Positions 11,571-21,952 are shown, numbered from the stretch's first letter. The stretch: 32,592 nucleotides of DNA from Octopus sinensis (GCF_006345805.1 NW_021832782.1:1-32592), one strand, 5' to 3'. Notes: a model not told the origin generated them from the letters alone. A program made the numbers and translations.

Positions 11571-12544
11571 TTCCCCTGCTGCCGCCCACGCAGCCGCACT
11601 TGCCCCTGCCTCTCCAACACCAACACCTCACAGGCACCCATCATCGTCTCTATCATATCACTGACTTCTTTACCTGTACATGTAGCAAGATCATTTACTG
11701 CATCACCTCCTATTTTTGGTCTTCTCTGCACATTGATTAAACGCGACGCCGCTTGGCTGACCGGTTCACGGAGCACCTCCGAGGCACCAGACTCGCCATT
11801 TCCGCTCTACCGGTCATTCACTACAACACTTCTCTATGTTCGGATTGTCTTTGTGCAGGTGCCATCTGGACTCCCACCTTCACCATGAACAGGAATTAGC
11901 CTTCTCTTCGCTCCTTTGTGTCACATGAGCTTAACCCCCTCCTCTCATCTTTTCATCTGACACGTGCTTCCTCTCTTCACTCGTACTCACCTACATTGAT
12001 ACCTCTCGCATCCCGTCCCCCACACCACAGACCTATCCCACCCCAACACCCCCCACACATCCACACCACACCACACCCACATTATACCTCACTCCACCCC
12101 ACACCACCGCACCACATCACACCATTCTCTGCAAACCCACACACCATCGTCGGCACACCCACACACTATCATCCACACACCCACACGTTACAGACGCACA
12201 CACTTACACACGCACACATCGACACATCTCAAAGTCACTCGTCCTATCCACACACTTCAACGTTCTAACATACACACACACGCCGCTCAACTTTTTGGGA
12301 TCACCAGTTCTTTATTCCCTCCCCTTCTTTCACCCTCTCCTGTCAATCCCTTTTTTCCGACCAGTCGCTATACTTGACCACAAGTTTTTACCCTCTCCCT
12401 GTTTATTCCATCGTCTTCCTTTCTGTTGAAGAGCGTAGGCGCGAAATGTAAAAGACTTTCCCGAACGTTAAACTAATATAACTGCTTGTTGTTCATACTC
12501 CTATCTTCGTCTTTTGTTTTCCTGTAAATTTTTACTATATATAC

Positions 12545-12545
<1 letters not shown>
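11571..12545 (+). mobile_element. 5'-truncated Penelope-like element: degenerate GIY-YIG endonuclease plus C/A-rich 3' region
   Basis: Translation HITDFFTCTCSKIIYCITSYFWSSLHID*TRRRLADRFTEHLR (~11655-11785) matches the PLE pattern CxxxxVIYxIxCxxCxxxYIGQTxRxLxxRFxEH. It is flanked by (TA)n and (CATA)n. Confidence 0.8.
12413..12456 (+). ncRNA. Degenerate minimal hammerhead-like motif in the PLE 3' region
   Basis: TTGAAGA (12426-12432), stem II GCG-TAGG-CGC, GAAA, then TGTA (the canonical palindrome would be ACGT). Stem I is weak. Confidence 0.45.
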
Positions 12546-12720
<175 letters not shown>

Positions 12721-12729
12721 GATATGAAT

Positions 12730-13405
12730 TGAAAGGTATAATGAATAAACGCTCCAATAGGTCAATACAAGTTTATATCATTCCCAAATTATCATAAATC
12801 GAATATAAATACATATTAAAACAACAGGGCACCCAATGGTAAACCCCAACAGACATGTGAAGCCTTTGTAAGTTTTCTCTTAATGCAAAGGTGTTACCTT
12901 CGAATTTCCTTAATGGATTGTACATTAACGATGTAAAGCAGCATCCTTTGAAACGATCAGAGAAATGGGCTTGAGTGCACTCTTCTCTCATTACCTTACA
13001 CTTTATTTTTATATTTATATATTTATATGATTTTAGCTCTCTTGCCTTAATATTTTAGTCTCCTTTATCGTGCATTAATTCCATATATTTTTCTTCATTC
13101 TACTACACCGGTATTATCCATTTAGTTTTTATCACCCTTTTATTCGTGTATGTGTATATTTTATATTGGTGGGTTTCACCATTGGGTGTCCTGTTGTTCT
13201 GATATATATTTATATTCGATTTATGATAATTTGAGAATGATATAAAGTTGTTTTGCCCGATCGGAGTGTTCATTCATTACTCCTTTCACTGTATTTCTCC
13301 TTTCGCCTCGGTGTCAGCTAAGCAATTCCAGATGCAGTCCTATTTCTATTTTTGCTCTTCGGTTTAACGAAATTGCTTTTCGGTTTAACTATAAAAGAAT
13401 CTTGT
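12730..13405. repeat. Inverted-repeat element: arms 12730-12846 and 13171-13288 (~117 bp, diverged), ~325-bp spacer, extra right-hand extension to ~13405
   Basis: TTTATATCATTCCCAAATTATCATAAATCGAATATAAATA...ACAACAGGGCACCCAATGGT pairs with ACCATTGGGTGTCCTGTTGT...TATTTATATTCGATTTATGATAATTTGAGAATGATATAAA. Confidence 0.85.
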
Positions 13406-13457
13406 TATATATATGTATGTATGTTTGTACGTATGTATATGTATACGTATGTATATA

Positions 13458-14322
13458 CAGAGAATGCGGTGAATAAAATGTCGTCTAAATTAAAGCTAAG
13501 ATGAAAATAACATTGACATCTCATTTGAACATAAATTTATCAAAATTACATAAAAAAATATTTTGAAATACTAAAAAGTAACTTTATTTCAAAAAATCGC
13601 CATTGCCTTCAACCACGGCCTCCAGACGAATTCGGAATCTCCTGCAACTCTGCTGGGCAGTCTCCTTGTTTACGTTGGGAATACTGCCTTCAGTTAATCT
13701 TTGGTATTACAAGGGATTTTGTTGGTCTCTCGCTCAACTGCGCCCCATATACAATAATCAAGAGGGCTGAAGTCTGGGCAGTTAGGTGGCCAGATGTTAG
13801 GGGAGGTGTGGTCGCAGAAATTGTCTGATATCCATGTCTGAGTTCTCCTGCATGTGTTACATGGTGCAGAGTCCTGTTACCAGACGTTTGGTCTTCCAGC
13901 AACCACCGTCTTGACCCACGGCAGCACTACCTCCTCCAGGAACTTGACCTCAGCCTCCGTTTTGAATCTGAGGCGGTGTGGGAAGATAAATACAGGCGTA
14001 ACGTCGCCATCACTAGTGATCTATCCATGATGTTGACTGGATGTTTCGTTTTTATCACTCTCGGTAGATGGCCACAATTTTCAGTGAACTCAGATTGACA
14101 CCCAAACACTCGGAGATGTTCGTATTGGAGCTTCCGGTTCGAATGCCAAGCAGTACAGCATGACGTTTCAAAAGTCTTGGCAGAGCGAATTCAGTTTGGT
14201 GCTGTTTTTCTCACAAAAGGTTCCCAACTGCTCCTACTATACTGTGTAATCGACAAAATCAAAACCAAACGATGCGCGAAACTAAAAATATATAATGGCG
14301 ACAATTTACCCATTACACCCTG
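13458..14322 (-). mobile_element. maT (DD37D) Tc1/mariner transposon, internally deleted and non-autonomous
   Basis: Minus strand gives PWVKTVVAGRPNVW*QDSAPCNTCRRTQTWISDNFCDHTSPNIWPPNCPDFSPLDYCIWG, with exactly 37 residues between D and D. N-terminal KRHAVLLGIRTGSSNTNISECLGVN is fused to RVIKTKHPVNIM. Ends are TA|CAG...CTG|TA with imperfect TIRs. Confidence 0.88.
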
Positions 14323-15179
14323 TATATAAGTGTACATATGTATATATATATATTAATAGTTATCGCCATACTAATATGGCAGTCTATAAATATAAGACTA
14401 AAGCTGTCGCTGATTAGCTCCAAGAGGCCATCGCCTCTAGCTAGCTATATGACACACGAACCAGCGTCCATTACAACCTTCGAACAGGGGAGGTCAGCCG
14501 CTTCACCTTGCTAGTCAGACATCTGCAATGAGAATAAGAGACAGAATGAAAACAATGTAAGGGGGGCGTTGTAAGCTATTTGATGTATACACCCACGAAT
14601 GCACAAGCTGACAAACACCCACACAAGCTTACACGAAAACGACGTAGCTGTGCGCATACGAAGAATGTCAGTATACGCACACACACACACACACAAATAT
14701 ATTTATATATATATATACATATATACATAAACATACATATACATGCATAGAAATATACATATACACATATATATTCTAAGGTATACACATGATCAAAGAT
14801 ACGAATGTGTGTGTGCATACCTGTTAGGGTGCATATATTAAAAACCAAAGAATACATTATAAGTACAGGTACATGCACACTTAGACGTAAATCTTTCTAA
14901 ACGAATACAAGAATATATTTAAACAACACAAACATACACACACGCTGACGTACGTTGCAAGTTAATTACAGGTAATGGCAGGAATTGGGAATTGTGCGAC
15001 AATAAAACTGAAATGGAGACAGGTGAACAACGTTTTATGTTCAGTTATAGATTTATGAAATCATACTCAGCAAAAATACACTCACGCCCACCTTATGCGT
15101 ACGTTGAAGACTGCTGGGGCAAATACAAAAAGGAAATAAGAAAACATACATGTAGTAAGATTTAGGAGATGATAGGACT

Positions 15180-15800
15180 CTCAAGGGAATTAGAAAGTAA
15201 GCGAATAAGTTTGTTGTAAGAATCGAAATATCTGGGAGCTATACAGATTTCATCATCGCCACGTAATGTTAATATAGGGTAGTATGTAGAAGCCATAGTT
15301 TGATATAATTGTTAATAAACTTGGAGGAAGCTTCTACCAGCGAACATCATAATTATGCTAAATGTTAAACAGATTAATATCCGTTCTAGACAGAAGGAAA
15401 GGCGAGGGACCTTGCGGAATTTCCAGTAACTACATATAGTGAGTGACAGGAATTTCTTAAAAAGGATTAAAGTTTTGCAGAGATGGAGGTGCTGTGTAAT
15501 CCTTGTAAACATCTTCTAATGACTCATCTAGAGGAGAAAATTGAATTTCCTTAGAAAGTTAAATATAAATTTAGAGTGATTAACTAATATTGTTAAATGG
15601 ACGTTTGGGTTTGTTGCTGAGGAAGGTGTTGCCTAATCTAGGTTTACATCTTACAATAAGTTCCACAAAACTATTAATAGAGTTCTAATTGCGGGAGTTT
15701 AATGTTAAAGCAATTACTTAAGGACCGAACGGTACTCCACTCTCAAGGGATTTAATCTAGGGAATTGTAATATACCTTTTGACCCAGGACTTGAGGAACG
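15180..15800 (-). pseudogene. Highly decayed non-LTR reverse-transcriptase relic (tentative)
   Basis: Minus strand GGAAATTCCGCAAGGTCCC gives EIPQGP (a GIPQGS-like motif), followed by LFNI and a possible YADD-like remnant. There are many stops. Confidence 0.3.
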
Positions 15801-16384
15801 CACTGGGACTTTCCAATCGAGATTCTCACGGATCAGTCTCAAGGAACACAATGACAATTTTATTACTAACGCGCATGCTCGTCAAAATTTCCCTCATCGA
15901 TCGCATATTTGCAAGACTCTAATAAAACTATTTTTCTCACTCCCTGTTTATAAGTTGGTGCTGAAACTTTTGCAAGGGGCCTCGCTTTTCCTCGCCCCTC
16001 GTTTCGTATGTAATCTGTTTAGCATTTTGCATAATTGTGAAATTCGCTGGAAGACGTTTCTCCTAATTTGATCGTGTGTATATCTAAGAATATATGTGTA
16101 CGTATTTATATGTATGCCTACATTTATATTCCTAAGTATGCAAAGGCAAGCCTAAAATTAAATCCTAAACAGTTATGCAAAGTACGCATACGTTTACATA
16201 GGCTCTGTATGCATGTGTATGTGGGCGTGTGCACGCGTGCAACTACATGCTTGTGAGTGTGTGCGTGTGTGTGTGTGCATTCGTGTGTGTGAGTGTGTGG
16301 ACCAATGCATTCATGTGTTTATGCACACAGTTAACCTACGACTGCCCTCTTATTGTGTCCTCTTTTTCCTTTTTTATGTGATGG

Positions 16385-16487
16385 GATGAAAGGCAAATTC
16401 GATCTCGGCGACATTTGAACTCAGAACACAAAGACTGGCGAAATACCGCTAGCATTTTGCCCGGCGGGCTAACGATACTGCCAGCTC
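16385..16487 (-). mobile_element. SINE family C head fragment
   Basis: Reverse complement aligns to 26808-26920 (GAGCTGGCAG.ATCGTTAGC.CGCCGGGCAAAATGC.AGCGGTATTTCG...GCCTTTCATCC). Confidence 0.8.
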
Positions 16488-16581
<94 letters not shown>

Positions 16582-16595
16582 TAATAATAATAATA

Positions 16596-16626
<31 letters not shown>

Positions 16627-16640
16627 TAGTAATAATAATA
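16488..16640. repeat. (AAT)n microsatellite
   Basis: Direct reading. Confidence 0.97.
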
Positions 16641-17196
16641 AATGCCCTGATGCAGTACCAGGCAGTGGCTCTCATGGCTTCTGATCTTAACTGATTGGAA
16701 GTGTTACCATGTACCTTGTTTTGTCTTGGTTTAAAAGATGGGCTACAGCAAATATTCTGCTGAATACCACAGATTTGCTTGTCAGTTGTTTGACCTTAAC
16801 CAGTTGAGCATGTCCCTTAGTGGCTGATGATATGTGCATTTCTGATCACGAGCAGAAGTAGTGGGGGAGCATCATAGCCATATGTTGAGAGGGATTCTTT
16901 GGGGTTTGAATAATTCACCACTAGAAACGTGGGTGTTTCGTTCAACATCCTTAAACAACCCTTATTCAGGGACCGCTTGAGCAGGATGGGCTACTCAACC
17001 TGAAGAAAATTCTAACAGGGCCCCAACTGCAAGGTCAAGTGCTGTTTATCTTGATATGAGATCACCATGTCGCGCACATATGGTTGTGATGCATGTGCCT
17101 GGTGTACCCTTGTCAGACGGGTAGTCATGATGGGATACTGGGCTTCGTATATTTTACCCCAGTGTCACTTTGATGGCATGCACTGCTCTCTCACTC
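16641..17196 (+). mobile_element. ~555-bp non-coding interspersed element embedded in (AAT)n (family F, copy 1; strand assigned arbitrarily to the AAT strand)
   Basis: Colinear end to end with the reverse complement of 23898-24450. (AAT)n lies on both sides, and no TIR or ORF is evident. Confidence 0.88.
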
Positions 17197-17203
17197 AATA
17201 ATG

Positions 17204-17286
<83 letters not shown>

Positions 17287-17300
17287 TATAGTAATAATAA
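17197..17300. repeat. (AAT)n microsatellite
   Basis: Direct reading. Confidence 0.97.
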
Positions 17301-17460
17301 TTTTGGCACAAAAGCAGCAATTTCGGAGAGGGGATAAGTCGATTACATCGACCCCATTGACCCCGATAGGCTGAAAGGCAAAGTCGACGTCGGTGGAATT
17401 TGAACTCAGACCGTAAGGGCGGACGAAATACCGCAGAGCATTTCGCCCGGCTAACGATTC
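17300..17460 (-). mobile_element. SINE family C copy
   Basis: GAAAGGCAAAGTCGAC.TCGG.GGAATTTGAACTCAGA...GACGAAATACCGC is the reverse complement of the family C core. Confidence 0.82.
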
Positions 17461-17964
17461 TACAATAATGATATTTCCTCTACCCTCATCATCGAAAACA
17501 TTATCATTGTAAGGCTCAACAGCACCGAACTAGCGAGGTGTGGGCTGCCTCATCATCATGAACGTCACCGCCGCGCAGTCACCGACAACACGTAAACCAG
17601 CTACCGACTACTTGCCTGCACGCCTACCTGCATACCTTCCCCACCCGCCAAATATGTAGGTGTACTAAGTCAGTAAGTAATATATCTATTGGAACCAATC
17701 AACGCAGCAGGTAAATTATAGCAACTGTTGCTGCTAATTAATGACGTCGATCTATTCTGACATTCTCTGATGTAGTTGAAATTACATTCAATAATTAAAT
17801 AACCGATTCTTCTATTCTTCGATTCATCTATTCATTTATTCATTCATTCTCGCTCTGTGTTTCATATTCTCTCTAATGTCTATTCAATTTTACAACCTTG
17901 CACTCGGCATACAGTCTCTTCCGTTCCATTTACAACACATTATATACCTCTTTGTGCGCATACA

Positions 17965-18004
<40 letters not shown>

Positions 18005-18170
18005 TATATATATATAATATTATATAAATATGTAGATATAGATAGAGATATCCATATATAGATGAATATATTATGCAAATATATATGCAAATATATATGT
18101 GTATATAAAGAATATATATCCATATCTATCTAGATTTATATACCAATATTATTCCATCTCTCTCTCTCTC

Positions 18171-18205
<35 letters not shown>

Positions 18206-18206
18206 G

Positions 18207-18240
<34 letters not shown>

Positions 18241-18379
18241 TTACATACATATATACGTTGGAAAAGTGGTAAAGGATGGGAAGAAATAGAGGGGGAAACG
18301 GCAACTTGATCGGATTTGAATAAATCTGATAATTTCAGAAAATATTGATTAAGTCGTTGTAATGTTACAACATGACACA

Positions 18380-18520
18380 GGCGGCAGAATCGTTACAGCT
18401 CCGGACCTAATGTTTAGTGGCATTTCGTCCGGAGATGATTTTACCATTCATTCTTTCGGTATCATTAAAATATGTACCGTTTGAGCGCTGGCGGCCATGT
18501 AATCCAGTGAACCGACTTCC
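18380..18520 (+). mobile_element. Old diverged SINE family C copy (tentative)
   Basis: GGCAGAATCGTTA...GGCATTTCGTCCG...TTCATTCTTTCGG...TGTACC blocks are colinear with the family C consensus. Confidence 0.5.
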
Positions 18521-18880
18521 TCCGGAGTTGCTCGGTTTTTGAAACCCATATAACGACATGACTAGCTTTAACACTGTCGTTCATTCCTGCGATATCTGCA
18601 ATGCATTTGTGTTGCGGGTGTATAAATGAGTGCGCACCAGAATCTAATAAACGAGGGAAGAATATATTGGCAAAGTCTCACAGAAACATTATGCTTGTGA
18701 CAAGTTAAAGAAAAGGCATAAAAGGAATAATACAAAGCGGGGGAATATTATGGTGAAGGTTCTTTCGAAGTGGACTACAAGTATGACATACAGACAGACA
18801 TACAAAAACGCGCACACATACACACACGAGCAAAAAATACGTATGTATAACAAACAGATATATATGTCTACTACTCAATT

Positions 18881-19916
18881 ATGGTAGTTGTTGAATAACA
18901 TTCTTAAGGCCGCAATTTACTCACACGCAGCATCTTTCAGTGCTTGTCTCTAATTCAGTTCTTAACCAAATTGAAAACTGTAAACATTTCTGCTACATTT
19001 TAGCATAAAATAATTGAGATTTAGTCCAGCAGAAAAATGGTTTACATCAAAACTTTTAGCAACGTTATAGGAGAGTAATTAAGTCTTCCAATCAAGTTTT
19101 GATCTAAATAACTTTTCAATTTTAAAAGCAAAATATATTTATCTTAGCTTCAATGATAGAGGGAAACATAAGGAATTTCACAGTCTTATTCCCATGCAAC
19201 AAAAATTTGTATCAAAATCGTTGTGAGGTAGAATATCGTGAAAAAAATATAAGTAAGCCCAAAAATTTGATCTAAATATAATTAACTTTTTTATTTTGAA
19301 AACAAACTATATTTTGATTTAGTTTAAATGAAAGATCTCAATTCGAGGAATATTATGGTATCAATTTCATGCAATGAAGTTTTAAAACAAAAAAAGTTAT
19401 GAGTGTTTGTTTTTCAAATTTGAGGGTGATAGTATAGTTCTATACTTTTTTATGAATATAGTTCTACAAGGGGACTTTTAATGTATGTCATCGGCATCAT
19501 TGAGGTAAGGAAAAAATTATCAACGGCACCACTGGTTTGCAATTAGTTCAATTACATCATGTTTATTCATTAATGCAATTATATCATCTAAGCAGTGTCC
19601 CTTAATATCTGAGACGCGAAACAGATTCGTAGTAGTTTCCATAGAGGGGAATTTTTGTTTTTAAGCTATTTCAAAGAATCATTCAACTGCGGTAGTAATT
19701 GAATAATATTCTTAAGGCCACAATTTACTCACACACAGCATCTTTCGGGGCTTTGTCGCCAGTTCAGTTCCTAACCAAACTGAAAACTGTTAACATCTTT
19801 GGAGACGACTGGTCCCTGTAAGTAATGTCTCCAGTCAAGTTTAGATCTAAACAACTTCTTTATTTTAATAGCAAAATATATTTATCTTAGCTTAAATGAC
19901 AGAAGAAAGCATAAAG
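18881..19916 (+). repeat. Diverged direct duplication: 18881-18990 ~ 19691-19800 and 19073-19170 ~ 19818-19916, with a third partial unit near 19252-19330
   Basis: Shared TTCTTAAGGCC.CAATTTACTCACAC..GCATCTTTC and GATCTAAA.AACTT...GCAAAATATATTTATCTTAGCTT.AATGA. Confidence 0.85.
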
Positions 19917-20249
19917 TCAAATGTTAAATTATTAATTAACGCATTATTAACTAGCACAACAGCATAGCCTGGAAAAACATGGATTACATGGGAAAATATA
20001 AGCAAGAGAAATGATATTCTTAAAATTATTAACCTGGAAAAATAAAGGACAAGTTATTACACTTGGAAAATTTCAGGACAACTTAATACATCTGAAAATT
20101 TTTACTTAAAATATTGCGGCTAAGGATAACATTTGAATATTAAAAATTATTTGATACAATTTACAAAGTAATATTATAGTTAAAAACCAAAATCGGTTGT
20201 CATGCGACAGTGGAGAGACAAACCCAGACACAAACATGTAAGTATATAT

Positions 20250-20293
<44 letters not shown>

Positions 20294-20315
20294 ATGTTAC
20301 ATTACTCGGTAGTCA

Positions 20316-20378
20316 AGATAAGACTCTGAGTTTCAGATGCCGAAGTGGAAATCCACAACACCATCTCTTCGGTTATCT
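20316..20378 (-). ncRNA. Type I hammerhead-like ribozyme, non-canonical core, GUC cleavage triplet
   Basis: Stem I AGATAA/TTATCT; core CCGAAGA; stem II GATG...CATC; T-GAAA; palindromic stem III ACTC-A-GAGT; then C17. Predicted cut between 20322 and 20321. Confidence 0.6.
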
Positions 20379-21278
20379 GGCTATTTGAAAACGTTATGAA
20401 AAAATACCGTTAAAAATGAAGGGAATTACTCTGTTATAACTCTGCTTTGCCTGCGTACTTATACATCGCTCGCATTTTTCGTCATAAAAATTATATAAAA
20501 ATACATAAAAATATATAAAAATATAAAAATATATAAAATCTTCTTGGGACATAACACAGAAAGCATGTTCTATCCGTTTTCTTTAGGGGACCAAAAACGT
20601 AACAGAAATTTAGTCACATGTGGGCATGATCCGAAAAGCTCTGTCCTTGTATTTAGACATGTGGTAGGGTCTAAGCTGCTTTTCCAGATAAGCCATCTCT
20701 CCATGTCGCATAAACCGCACCTTCCGCTGCCGTTAGTATAGGGCTTGGGCCTGACAGAGGGTAATTTCAAGGCCAGGTTCAACAACCACACTTTGAGCTT
20801 TAGGCACTGGAACAAAAGAAAAGCGACACAATTATCCAATCATATTTGGTCTTTAAGAGATAAAGGTGTCGATTATAACATACAATGGAAGATTTTGGCC
20901 AGATGTAAGCCCTATACTAACGGCAACGGAAGGTGCGGTTTATGCGACATGGAGAGATGGCTTATCTGGAAAAGCAGCTTAGACCCTACCACTGTCTAAA
21001 TACAAGGACAGAGCTTTTGCGGATCATGCCCACATGTGACTAAATTTCTGTTACGTTTTTGGTCCCCTAAAGAAAACGGATAGAACATGCTTTCTGTGTT
21101 ATGTCCCAAGAAGATTTTATATAATTTTATATATTTTTATATATTTTTATGTATTTTTATATAATTTTTATGACGAAAAATGCGAGCGATGTATAAGTAC
21201 GCAGGCAAAGCAGAGTTATAACAGAGTAATTTCCCTTCATTTTTAACGGTATTTTTCTCATAACGTTTTCAAATAGCC

Positions 21279-21341
21279 AGATAACCGAAGAGATGGTGTT
21301 GTGGATTTCCACTTCGGCATCTGAAACTCAGAGTTTTATCT
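21279..21341 (+). ncRNA. Type I hammerhead-like ribozyme, second copy (GUU triplet)
   Basis: Same fold as 20316-20378 with C17 changed to T. Predicted cut between 21335 and 21336. Confidence 0.55.
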
Positions 21342-21506
21342 TGACTACCGAGTAATGTAACATATTGTATAGATAAATTTCCTCTATTTACATAATATTG
21401 AGGTCTCTTTCTTTCTTTTGTTATCTTACCGTTTTATCAATATATATATGATATATAATATATATATATATATATATAACAAATATGTATGTGTATATAT
21501 ATATAT

Positions 21507-21567
<61 letters not shown>

Positions 21568-21585
21568 ATATATTTATATATATTA

Positions 21586-21751
21586 TACGGCAGGCTTCTT
21601 TCAGTTTCTGTTTACCAAATTCACTCAGAAGATATAGGTCGGCCGGAGGCTGTAGCAGGAGATTCTTGCCCAAGATACCACGCAGTAGAACTGAACCCGT
21701 AACCATGTGGTTGGGAAGCAAACTTCTTAACACACATCCACACATGCGCCT
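21586..21751 (-). mobile_element. SINE family A head (diverged)
   Basis: Aligns to 8967-9109 plus the ...GCGCCT end. Confidence 0.85.
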
Positions 21752-21849
21752 ATATATATAAATATTATATATATATATATATGAAACGAAACCACCATCG
21801 TAGGATTAAGTCTGCAACACCCTAACCATTAACGGATACGCCTACACAC

Positions 21850-21879
21850 GCATACATACACATATGTATACATACATGC

Positions 21880-21910
<31 letters not shown>

Positions 21911-21921
21911 CATACATACGC

Positions 21922-21952
<31 letters not shown>

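Larger units (their letters stand above)
20286..21440 (+). mobile_element. Young Penelope-like element in foldback form: inverted arms 20286-20746 and 20907-21370 around a 160-bp unique GIY-YIG core, plus a ~70-bp 3' tail
   Basis: The arms are near-perfect reverse complements. The plus frame gives GLTEGNFKARFNNHTLSFRH...TQLSNHIWSL...YNIQWKILARCKPYTNGNGRCGLCDMERWLI, a PLE GIY-YIG C-terminus with CxxC. (TA)n lies on both flanks. Confidence 0.92.

Noticed and set aside
19960-20100. Cluster of TGGAAAA motifs (NFAT/Rel-like)
   Set aside because: Short A-rich words are expected by chance in very AT-rich DNA.
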